From Candidatus Parcubacteria bacterium (GTDB lineage: Bacteria; Patescibacteriota; Patescibacteriia; CAIXNZ01), in contig JAPLYG010000016.1 in assembly GCA_026395685.1 (NCBI GenBank), forward strand, positions 1,035-65,034: a stretch of DNA of 64,000 nt, written 5' to 3'. Shown in pieces: positions 10,578 through 19,288 of the stretch. Numbering within the stretch: the stretch's first letter is position 1; each line of letters starts with the position of its first letter. Both the position numbers and the translations under genes were made by a program. The notes beneath the pieces were generated by a model. That model made no database searches. It was not told where the DNA came from and worked only from the letters and a program-made list of their open reading frames with translations.

Positions 10578-10600
10578 AAGGTTCGATTCCTTCCTGGCCT
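10578..10600 (+). other. Orphan tRNA 3' fragment (T-arm plus acceptor strand, Trp-like), possible att remnant
   Basis: AAGG-TTCGATT-CCTT-CCTGGCCT with no 5' half. Confidence 0.4.
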
Positions 10601-10638
10601 TTCTCTAGACAAATTAATTAAATTAATTCAATAAAACC

Positions 10639-11073
10639 ATGGAATTCTTTATGAGTTTTGAAGAAGATGGCACGAAACCAGAGGATAAATGTGGGGAAAA
10701 GGCTCGAGAAGCAAGGATTGCAGTTGAGCCAAAGATTATAGATCTTGTAAAAAATCGAACATACAGCTCAATTATTCATAGAATTGCTATTATACCTGTA
10801 ATATATAGTCAAGAACTTTTAATAAAATTTCCTGCTCCTGAAAGAAAATACATTTCACATAAAAATGGTTTTGCTGATTTTCGTTTGTACGTTGACTATG
10901 AAAAATTTATTAATACCTCAGATGATGGCAGAGTTAAGCTTTTGTTAAAAAATATAATTGATTCAATAAGAATAATTTCAGCACGTCTTAAGAAAGATAT
11001 TAAGGGTGAAGAACTCGAAAATGATATTTTATCTCTATTTAATTATAATTACGAACAACTAAATGCTGTCTAA
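10639..11073 (+). CDS. Orphan polymorphic-toxin immunity protein (Imm44-like)
   Basis: IAIIPVI...ERK.ISHK...ADFRL.VDYEKF....KLLL.NIIDSI pattern recalled from the Imm44 family. Confidence 0.6.
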   Translation: MEFFMSFEEDGTKPEDKCGEKAREARIAVEPKIIDLVKNRTYSSIIHRIAIIPVIYSQELLIKFPAPERKYISHKNGFADFRLYVDYEKFINTSDDGRVKLLLKNIIDSIRIISARLKKDIKGEELENDILSLFNYNYEQLNAV

Positions 11074-11182
11074 ATTGAAACCGATTTTTATTTTCGGTGG
11101 CAAAATATGAGCTTTTAAATACGAGGATGCGGAAATGTCGTGAGGAATCACTGAAAAAAGTTCTAACAACGTCCATCCTGGG

Positions 11183-11271
11183 CAGCCTTCGTTCGCCGTA
11201 GCCCTGCTCCGCAGGGTGAAGGCGAACCTTCGCTTAAAAATTTTGCCGGTACTACGGCGAACTTCGGCTGG
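11183..11271. repeat. 89-bp nested palindromic element, copy 2
   Basis: Direct repeat of 10106..10194. Confidence 0.9.
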
Positions 11272-11463
11272 CTTTGGCCAGCCATAATTTTAAGCTCTGC
11301 TTGGTGTAAAAAGTCGTCCTCGTTTTGAGGGCGATTTTTTAAAACAAAAAAACACCCGTTTTGATGGTGTTTATTTTTATATAAACAGTAATAGTTAATA
11401 ATCCCTCGGTAAACAGTGGGGGGTGGTTAAATGATATAAATCATTTGCCCCCACAAAAATAAA

Positions 11464-11649
11464 TTATTTAGATTTTGGGTCATAATCTTCAGCAGCATCC
11501 CAAGCCTTAGATAAACCGCTGACAATATTGGTTATTTCCGAATCTATGGAATTTTTAATGTCATGATTCCGTCCCTTAAAAAAAGATTCTAAAATAGCTT
11601 TAAGATATGCCGCCTGAAATTCGCCCTTGTTTTCAAAGCCTAATTTCAT
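11464..11649 (-). CDS. Small hypothetical protein
   Basis: 61-aa ORF with TTGCCA-N17-TATAAT upstream. Confidence 0.5.
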   Translation of the reverse strand: MKLGFENKGEFQAAYLKAILESFFKGRNHDIKNSIDSEITNIVSGLSKAWDAAEDYDPKSK

Positions 11650-11903
11650 AGTTTATTCAATTGTTAAATTACCTTAATTAAGTCGACAAATTCTTAATCT
11701 GGTCATTAATTAATACAAACATTATACTTCATTTGAATAATCTTGGCAAGTATCAGGAAAAATAGAGAGTAAAAAGACCCGAAATCCCCAAAAAACAAAT
11801 AAAAACTCCTATTTCTACAATTGACATCCTTGAGCAAAGATGCTAATTTAATTAAAACCGTGACTGAGGGACTTATGTACATTAAATCTTAAGGAGGAGA
11901 AAA

Positions 11904-12458
11904 ATGATCAGCAAGTACAGAATGGAAATCGTATTTTGCATTACCAGCATGATTATTTGGGGAGTATGCAGTATGCTCATTACCGCTGGCAACTTTCACT
12001 ATGCTCTCTCAATGGAAGAAATAAAAGCGCAGAGTGAACTTTTTTGGACTGCCGATAAGTATTGGCACTATATCGGGTATAAAATTGCGGCTTTATATGC
12101 GCTCTTTGGAGGCTGTCTAGGCATCTTTTTAGCGCAATATTATCAAAGCCTGCCAGAAAAGGAAAAACATAGTATTCCGCTATCTGAGCTTAGGCGCAAA
12201 TATTATGGTTTAAAGCATTACATTCCCAGAACCATAGCGGCAAAAAATACTGCTGTAACAGGATTTGCAATCGGGCTAACATTCCTAACGTTTGCTGCAA
12301 TATATATTTTGCCAACTCTGCAAAATGAATTGATATTAGCCAACGAAACGCATATCCGCATAATTATGGGCATAATTGTCGCCTTTGTTATGTCCGGAGC
12401 ACCGGTGTATATTTCCCTGGCATTTTTAAAGAAAAATAGGGATGATGAAGATGTATAA
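11904..12458 (+). CDS. Hypothetical 4-TM membrane protein
   Basis: TTGACA promoter 11821, SD AAGGAGG, hydrophobic segments, own terminator. Confidence 0.75.
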   Translation: MISKYRMEIVFCITSMIIWGVCSMLITAGNFHYALSMEEIKAQSELFWTADKYWHYIGYKIAALYALFGGCLGIFLAQYYQSLPEKEKHSIPLSELRRKYYGLKHYIPRTIAAKNTAVTGFAIGLTFLTFAAIYILPTLQNELILANETHIRIIMGIIVAFVMSGAPVYISLAFLKKNRDDEDV

Positions 12459-12462
12459 TACC

Positions 12463-12496
12463 AAAAGCCCCCGCACTGTTCGGCATGGGGGCTTTT
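12463..12496. terminator. Bidirectional intrinsic terminator
   Basis: AAAAGCCCC...GGGGCTTTT between convergent genes. Confidence 0.75.
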
Positions 12497-12510
12497 ATAT
12501 TATATTAATT

Positions 12511-13422
12511 TTACACTTTTACATAACGCTTAACCGCAATGTAACTGCTGATCAAGTTCAGTAAAATGGCGCCTAATAGTTCCAAGCCGAAAATCAAAAG
12601 AAAATTCTGATTGAAATATTTTACAATATTGAAATCACCTTCCAGAATAAGCTGTAAATATGGCCGGATAAAACCCAGCAAAGGATAAAGTATTAACAAA
12701 GTAATGACCATGGACATGATGCCGAAAATAACACCCTGAAGCAAAAACGGACCTTCCACAAACCAGTCAGTCGCGCCAATCAGTTTCATGGCAAAAATTT
12801 CCTCACGATGAGTATAGATAGCCATTCTGATGGCATTGAATATGATTAGAATTGAGATCAACGCAAAAACAAGGGCAATAATAATCACCGACCGCCCCAC
12901 CTTCTGGGTAATGCCGTTAATTTTCTCTATTACTGTCTTATGATCGTCAAAATCCTTGCTCTCAATCAAATTGTTGTATTGCGGAGTCTGCAAAATATCT
13001 AAGACTGCGGGGTAATCGCTAGAATTTTTTGCCTTAATTATTAAGCTGGCACCCAAAGGATTTTTCTCAATCTCCTCAACGGACTGGATAATCTTAGGAT
13101 TATCCTGATGTTTATTTTTAAAATTTTCCAGAGCCTGCTCTTTGGAAATATAATCAACGCTTTTAACCTGGGCCAGCCCCTGAATATATTTTTGTACATT
13201 CATCACCTGATCTTCTGATATTTCAGATTTAAAATATATACTGATATCAACCTTATCTTCAATCGTATTAATTGCTGTTTTAGCCACAACATTAAAAATG
13301 ACCAATAAATTAACAGTAACAAGCGCCAAAACTAAAATTGTCAAAGTCACTAAAGACAGCCAAAAATTACGGAAAAAATCCTGCAGAGCAAATTTTGTTA
13401 CCCTAAAAGTGCTGGCAAACAT
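12511..13422 (-). CDS. ftsX: Cell division permease FtsX
   Basis: ISKEQAL, NPLGASL, NAIRMAI..REEI..MKLIGA; follows ftsE. Confidence 0.93.
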   Translation of the reverse strand: MFASTFRVTKFALQDFFRNFWLSLVTLTILVLALVTVNLLVIFNVVAKTAINTIEDKVDISIYFKSEISEDQVMNVQKYIQGLAQVKSVDYISKEQALENFKNKHQDNPKIIQSVEEIEKNPLGASLIIKAKNSSDYPAVLDILQTPQYNNLIESKDFDDHKTVIEKINGITQKVGRSVIIIALVFALISILIIFNAIRMAIYTHREEIFAMKLIGATDWFVEGPFLLQGVIFGIMSMVITLLILYPLLGFIRPYLQLILEGDFNIVKYFNQNFLLIFGLELLGAILLNLISSYIAVKRYVKV

Positions 13423-13448
13423 TATGATTAAAAATTATCAAATAAAAA

Positions 13449-14129
13449 TTAAAGAATATATTTCCCTTCTTCCTGATCACTTATAATTTCCCCGTGATCC
13501 ATCAGCACTACCCTCTTTTTAATGCGGTTAACTACATCCTTATTATGCGTAACCAGCATAATTGTTGTGCCGAATTCATTTATTTTTAAAAGCAAATCAA
13601 TAATATCCTTGGTGTTTAAACTGTCCAGATTACCAGTCGGCTCATCAGCCAATAATATTTTCGGGCGATGGACTAAAGCTCTGGCAATCGCTGCTCTCTG
13701 GATTTCACCTCCTGAAATCTGATCGGGATAATGGCCGGCTTTTTCTTTTAAGCCTACAATTTTTAAAACCTGCGGAACCACTGAGTTTATTCTTTTATTG
13801 GGAACCCCGCATACTTCTAAGGCAAAAGCTACATTTTCATAAATATTTTTACTGGGTAAAAGCTTAAAATCCTGATAAACAACGCCGATCTGACGTCTTA
13901 ATAAAGGAATTTCCTTCGCTTTAATGTCAGTAATATCCCATCCACCCACAATTATCTGGCCGGAATTTGGCTTCAGCTGGGAAGTTAAAAGCTTGATCAA
14001 GGTACTTTTCCCGGCGCCGCTTTGTCCCACAATTGAAACAAACTCTTTCGGGCGAATGGACAAATTAATATCCTTGACCGCTACTGTTTTGGGATAAAAT
14101 ATTTTACTAATTTTTTTAAATTGAATCAT
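13449..14129 (-). CDS. ftsE: Cell division ATP-binding protein FtsE
   Basis: [33 protein letters not shown]. Confidence 0.93.
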   Translation of the reverse strand: MIQFKKISKIFYPKTVAVKDINLSIRPKEFVSIVGQSGAGKSTLIKLLTSQLKPNSGQIIVGGWDITDIKAKEIPLLRRQIGVVYQDFKLLPSKNIYENVAFALEVCGVPNKRINSVVPQVLKIVGLKEKAGHYPDQISGGEIQRAAIARALVHRPKILLADEPTGNLDSLNTKDIIDLLLKINEFGTTIMLVTHNKDVVNRIKKRVVLMDHGEIISDQEEGKYIL

Positions 14130-14175
14130 GGGACTTAACCACTAATATTTATTTACAAATTAACACGAATATTGA

Positions 14176-15093
14176 TTATTTAAGGGCGGCGGTAACCGGT
14201 TCAGCAAGTTCAACTTTAACCTTGCATAAACCAGCAGACTTTTTGGCTATCTGTTTAAAAGCGACTACGTCTAAATCGATTACTCGATTGGGATGGACAC
14301 TGCGATCAGGCCCCCAGTCATTAACTTTAACAATAATTGATTTGCCGTTATCAACATTCGTAACTTTTAATTTTGTGCCTTTGGGATAATCGGGCGAAGC
14401 TGCACAATTACAGCTTTTATACTTATACCAGGAAGCAACGCCTTCGGACATAATATTCAAATCATCCAATATTGCTACCTTTGCATATTTGAAATTTGTT
14501 TTGGAAACAATTTTACTCAATCCGTTATTAACTAAAGATTCAATTCCTATCCACTGCAATTTCTGTTCATCGAAATAATACATGGTCTTACGGAAATAAT
14601 CGTTTTCCAAATATCTGACTGAAAACCAAAACGGCTGGGCAAAGGTAACTTCCTGCGCAGTAACCAAATTAAATTCATAAATACGACTGGCAAACTGAAA
14701 ACCTTCCGGAGCTGCCATTATACTTTGCGGACCAAGCGCCAATTCCTTCATTTCCAATGAAGCATCTGAAGCAAAAGTTTCTTTATCTATTTGAAAAATA
14801 AACTGGTTATTGAATGCTTTGAATTTTTTACCTTTTGCCACTTCGTCTTTTTTAAAATCAAACCTTGTAGTATTTAAAACAACAATACCCAAATCCACAG
14901 CCTGAGCCAGTGCCGGAACGCCAATCACCGGGGCTGAATTATTTTCAATTACCGGGTTGCTTGATTCTGTTTGGAACTGGATATTACTTAAATCTGGCTG
15001 GGGGTCAACTGTAAAAACTTCTTGGGCTGAGGCTGGCTTGATAAAAACCAGACTTAATGATAGAATTAATAAAAATATGAGATTTTTTTTCAT
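14176..15093 (-). CDS. Secreted protein with C-terminal RlpA-like double-psi beta-barrel
   Basis: Signal peptide; G.ASWY, GTKLKVTN, VKVNDWGP, RVIDL. Confidence 0.8.
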   Translation of the reverse strand: MKKNLIFLLILSLSLVFIKPASAQEVFTVDPQPDLSNIQFQTESSNPVIENNSAPVIGVPALAQAVDLGIVVLNTTRFDFKKDEVAKGKKFKAFNNQFIFQIDKETFASDASLEMKELALGPQSIMAAPEGFQFASRIYEFNLVTAQEVTFAQPFWFSVRYLENDYFRKTMYYFDEQKLQWIGIESLVNNGLSKIVSKTNFKYAKVAILDDLNIMSEGVASWYKYKSCNCAASPDYPKGTKLKVTNVDNGKSIIVKVNDWGPDRSVHPNRVIDLDVVAFKQIAKKSAGLCKVKVELAEPVTAALK

Positions 15094-15149
15094 AATATTT
15101 TATTTTTTATAACATAGTTATATCATGGATTACCTAAACTTCTAACTGG

Positions 15150-15220
15150 GCGGGATTAGTACAGTGGTAGTATATGACCTTCCCAAGGTCGAGACGGGGG
15201 TTCGATTCCCCTATCCCGCT
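15150..15220 (+). tRNA. tRNA-Gly(CCC)
   Basis: GCGGGAT/ATCCCGC acceptor, loop TTCCCAA, GGTTCGATTCC. Confidence 0.93.
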
Positions 15221-15226
15221 TAAAGT

Positions 15227-15299
15227 GCCCCTTTAGCTCAGTTGGTAGAGCGACGGTATCGTAAACCGTAGGTCGCCGGTTCAATCCCGGCAGGGGGCT
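15227..15299 (+). tRNA. tRNA-Thr(CGT)
   Basis: GCCCCTT/AGGGGGC, ACGGT-ATCGTAA-ACCGT, GGTTCAATCCC. Confidence 0.93.
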
Positions 15300-15372
15300 A
15301 TATTTTTATGGGTTTTCCACAGAGTGGAATTCCCTTCTCAGATTACAAAAATTTTATCTTCTTAATTCAAAA

Positions 15373-15759
15373 CTAATTAAAGAAGTACGCCCACCATTTT
15401 TCCGGGTTACTTTTATTTTCCTCTACTACCTTATTTTCTTCACTTGCTAAAATCTCACTATTGGGTATTATTACCAGGTTCTCATTTTCTTTTTTTAAAC
15501 CCAATTTCAATTTAGCTTCCTGTTCAATAAAAGTATCTGTTTTCAAATACTTCACCAATTCCTCAAAATCCCGATTTTGTTTATTTAAATGCGCTATCTC
15601 GTCCTGAAGCAGTACAATGTCGGAATCAATCCGATAATTCCTGACTGATCCTTTGGCTAAACCGCCCAAAATAAATAAAAAAAGAAACAAACAAAAAACC
15701 AGAAAAAATTTTGAAAAAATCAAATCCGGAAAAATTTTCTTGTTTCTCCTTATTAGCAT
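15373..15759 (-). CDS. Septum formation initiator (FtsB/DivIC-like)
   Basis: TM plus coiled coil plus FIEQEAKLKLGL.K.NE. Confidence 0.8.
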   Translation of the reverse strand: MLIRRNKKIFPDLIFSKFFLVFCLFLFLFILGGLAKGSVRNYRIDSDIVLLQDEIAHLNKQNRDFEELVKYLKTDTFIEQEAKLKLGLKKENENLVIIPNSEILASEENKVVEENKSNPEKWWAYFFN

Positions 15760-15787
15760 AAAATTATTATATCACAAAATAAGGCTT

Positions 15788-16552
15788 CTATAAACTTTTT
15801 TTCTTAAAATTAGCTCCCATATCGTCATTTTCTTCATTTTTAGAACTATTATCATTATTCTCTTCTGCTTTTTCCAGCTCATCAACCAGCAACTTCTTAA
15901 GGCTTAATTCGCCGAAATTCTCCTTATATTCTGCTAACAATTCATCTAATTTATAATCCTCATACTCAGCCAGCTTGTCCTGATCTAAAAATTCTGACGT
16001 GATTTTATCTTTGCCTTTTTCACCTAAGCTTACTACCTTTTTAACATCAAGCTTCTTCCCTGTTTCTTCATTGATTAAGTCAGCCAAAACCTGATTGACT
16101 TTAGCCGGAAAGGCAATGTTGCCTAACTTTAGAATAGCAGCTTTCGCTTGAATTTTTATATCCCCCAAATGAAAAACAGACTGCATAACACCGCTAACTG
16201 AATATGAAATATCTAAAATTTTATCATAGCTTAAATCAGAGACAATTTTGTGAAAAAACCCCTTTCTATCGACATCAACCAACCTTTTACTAGTTATGAC
16301 GCAAGCATTTGCAAACCAGATATAAAATTCCCGAACTCCATAAAAAAATCCAGTCAATAAAATTGCGCAGAACAAAGCAACTCCAAGCTCACCAAGGCTA
16401 AAGAGCGGAAACATAAAAAAGAAAGCGCCTAAAATTAAAACCGTAGTAACAGCAATTTGCTTAGCATAAGTTATTGGATGATGATGTAACACCGCAATCA
16501 ATTCTTCATTAGCCTGCAAATTTATCTGTTTGGCAAAATATTTGTCTGACAT
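15788..16552 (-). CDS. Membrane protein with bacterial PH domain
   Basis: 2 TM, ITSKRLVDV..KGFF, I.DISY...G.....GDI.I. Confidence 0.7.
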   Translation of the reverse strand: MSDKYFAKQINLQANEELIAVLHHHPITYAKQIAVTTVLILGAFFFMFPLFSLGELGVALFCAILLTGFFYGVREFYIWFANACVITSKRLVDVDRKGFFHKIVSDLSYDKILDISYSVSGVMQSVFHLGDIKIQAKAAILKLGNIAFPAKVNQVLADLINEETGKKLDVKKVVSLGEKGKDKITSEFLDQDKLAEYEDYKLDELLAEYKENFGELSLKKLLVDELEKAEENNDNSSKNEENDDMGANFKKKSL

Positions 16553-16617
16553 GCTATTGGTAATTAGGAAGTTAGTAATTAGTAATTGGTTGTATAGTTG
16601 TTCAATTGTTAATTTGT

Positions 16618-17778
16618 TCAGTTGTTAATTTCAATAATTTCACAATTCCCCATCGCCTTATCCAATAATTCCTCAAACTTCCAATCTTTTTCAGTATCCA
16701 GAATTAAATTCAAATCAGAGCGGGTAACCGGATGTTGCGGGACATAGAGAGAACAACAATCAGCAAAAGGCTGACTGGAGAGCTCATATGTGCCGATTTG
16801 CCTGGCAATGGTTACTATTTCTTCTTTATTAAAGCCAATCAATGGCCTCAGAATCGGCAAATCAATTGCTTCAGAAATCGCGTGAATATTTTCAACGGTC
16901 TGTGAGGCAACCTGGCCCAGACTGTCTCCGGTAACCAGAGCTAAGACATTTTCCTTTTGGGCAATCAGACTGGCTATTCGCAGCATCATGCGGCGATAAA
17001 AAATTACACGATAAGCTGGCGGTACTTTATTTATTATTTCCTGTTGAATTTTTAAAAAAGGCACAAGATACAAACGACAACCATGCTGATATTCAGCCAA
17101 TACTTTAACCAAGTCCTTTACTTTCTCCTGATTTTCCTTGGGTGTCGCGGGATAAGAATCAAAATTAATAAAGATTATTTTCGCGCCCCGTTTTTGCATC
17201 AAATTAGCTGCCACCGGAGAATCAATGCCGCCAGAGATCAGGCATAACAATTTGTCTGAGACGCCGATCGGCAAACCGCCGCGGCAGATTATTTTATCGA
17301 AATAAATAAAGACAAAATTATTAACTATATCAATACGGCAATTCAAATCAGGCTTATGCAAATCAACTTTCTTTTTCATTGTTTCCAAGACCAATTCGCC
17401 TAACTTCGCACTGACCTGCTGTGAAGTCAAAGCAAAATTCTTATTGGCACGTCGAGTGGTAATACGAAATGTTTTAAATTTTTTATCCTTAAGTAAGGAC
17501 AAAAGATCCTGGCTAAGCTGATCTAAATCTAAAGCAGAATTCCAGGCCATAGCAAAATATTCAATGCCAAAAACCTTTAACAACTTTTCTGTAACCTTAT
17601 CTAAATCCCAGTTTTCCTCAATCAAGACAATAAAACGTCCATGCAAATCAAAAAGTGAAATTTTACCAAACTCCTTAAGCGCAAATTTGATATTATCAGC
17701 TAATTTTTTCTCAAAAAACTGCCTATTTCTCCCCTTCAAGGCAATTTCCCCATAGTGAATAATTATATACCGTAGCAT
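16618..17778 (-). CDS. thiI: tRNA 4-thiouridine synthase ThiI
   Basis: YGEIALKGRNR, THUMP, SGGIDSPVA, GDSLGQVASQT, DCC. Confidence 0.95.
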   Translation of the reverse strand: MLRYIIIHYGEIALKGRNRQFFEKKLADNIKFALKEFGKISLFDLHGRFIVLIEENWDLDKVTEKLLKVFGIEYFAMAWNSALDLDQLSQDLLSLLKDKKFKTFRITTRRANKNFALTSQQVSAKLGELVLETMKKKVDLHKPDLNCRIDIVNNFVFIYFDKIICRGGLPIGVSDKLLCLISGGIDSPVAANLMQKRGAKIIFINFDSYPATPKENQEKVKDLVKVLAEYQHGCRLYLVPFLKIQQEIINKVPPAYRVIFYRRMMLRIASLIAQKENVLALVTGDSLGQVASQTVENIHAISEAIDLPILRPLIGFNKEEIVTIARQIGTYELSSQPFADCCSLYVPQHPVTRSDLNLILDTEKDWKFEELLDKAMGNCEIIEINN

Positions 17779-17911
17779 AACTTAAATCATATATCTTAGA
17801 TCTTAAATCATATAATCATTTTAGCAAATTTTAGCCTTTTCGCCAAGAGCTTTTACACAAAAAATCGCCAGACTTTTTATCCTAACGATTTTTAGCTAAA
17901 AAGCTACTAAA

Positions 17912-19234
17912 TTATGATGTTAGTAATTCGCGTAAAACCTCTTTAGTTGCCAATCTGTCATCCCAGGGAGTAACAACGCCATTACTTTTAATGCTCTGCT
18001 CTGTTCCCTTGCCGGTAATTAAAACTAAATCCCCGGGCTGGGCTATTTCACAGGCGTACTTAATCGCTTCCCTGCGATCTGTTATTTTAAATAAAGTCTG
18101 ATTTTCAATTTTTCCTTTTTCGATTGCCCCGGCTGCAATTTCATTTAAAATTTTATCAGTCGTCTCATCATAAGAATCCTCATCAGTCAATATGGTAATA
18201 TCAGCCTCCTCGCCCGAAATCCTGCCCAAAGTCGGACGTTTCGCATGATCACGCACTCCTCCGGCTGAACCAAAAACATGAATAATACGATTTTTAGGAA
18301 ACAGTTTAATAGTATTAAACAAATTGGCAAAAGATACAGGATCATGAGCATAATCAACCAAGACAGAAAAATTCTGGCCTTCAGCAATCGATTCCATGCG
18401 GCCGGGCACACCACTCACCTTGGCTAAAGCTTGCTTACACTGATTTAAATTTAAACCAAATTGCAAGCCGACACAAATTGCGGCCAAACAGTTGTAAACG
18501 TTAAATCTACCAATCATTTTTGTTTTAAAATCTTCAGTACCAACCCGGAAGAAAGTACCATTCACCTGGAGATTTATATCACCAGCCAAAACCGCCTGAG
18601 CATCCGGAAGTTTACTGACAAAGCTTATACCATAGCCATACTTCTTATCAGCGCTAAAATTAAAATAATACTGCCAATGCTGGTCATCTAAATTTACCAC
18701 CAAAGTTTTGGGGATTTCCTTACCGTCGATTTTCTTTCTGGGAAATTTTGCTAAGCTGCTAAAAAGCTGGCCTTTGGCTTTTTTATAATTTTCAAACGAA
18801 CCATGAGCTTCAATGTGTTCCGGAGTTAAATTTGTAAAAACAGCAACATCATAATTTATCCCCCAATTGCGATTTTGCATTATGCCTTCAGAAGATGTTT
18901 CCACAACCGCATATTTACAACCGGCTGTCACCATCTCTCTTAGCATCTTTTGCAAAGCCAACCGGCCCTGCATAGTTTTATGAGTAGCGTTTATCCATTC
19001 CTTATCAGCAATTTTAAAATTCACGGTCGTCATTAAGCCGACTTTAGCGCCAGTTTCTTCCAAAACATTGGCAATCAGATTACTCGTCGTTGATTTACCA
19101 TTAGTGCCGGTAACACCGATGACAATCAATTTATTAGATGGAAAGCCATATCTGTAATTAGCCAAAACAGCCCAGCATTTATGATACGCTAAAAGCCAAT
19201 TTTTAGGGATTAATTTTCTTATTAAAGTTTTCAT
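17912..19234 (-). CDS. murE: UDP-MurNAc-tripeptide synthetase MurE
   Basis: GVTGTNGKST, ETSSEG, VPGRME, VDYAH, GG.RD..KRP, GKG.E. Confidence 0.93.
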   Translation of the reverse strand: MKTLIRKLIPKNWLLAYHKCWAVLANYRYGFPSNKLIVIGVTGTNGKSTTSNLIANVLEETGAKVGLMTTVNFKIADKEWINATHKTMQGRLALQKMLREMVTAGCKYAVVETSSEGIMQNRNWGINYDVAVFTNLTPEHIEAHGSFENYKKAKGQLFSSLAKFPRKKIDGKEIPKTLVVNLDDQHWQYYFNFSADKKYGYGISFVSKLPDAQAVLAGDINLQVNGTFFRVGTEDFKTKMIGRFNVYNCLAAICVGLQFGLNLNQCKQALAKVSGVPGRMESIAEGQNFSVLVDYAHDPVSFANLFNTIKLFPKNRIIHVFGSAGGVRDHAKRPTLGRISGEEADITILTDEDSYDETTDKILNEIAAGAIEKGKIENQTLFKITDRREAIKYACEIAQPGDLVLITGKGTEQSIKSNGVVTPWDDRLATKEVLRELLTS

Positions 19235-19288
19235 TGTAATGTTTATTATTACTAAGTAATAGCTATCTTAGCATAAATAGCCCCAAAA

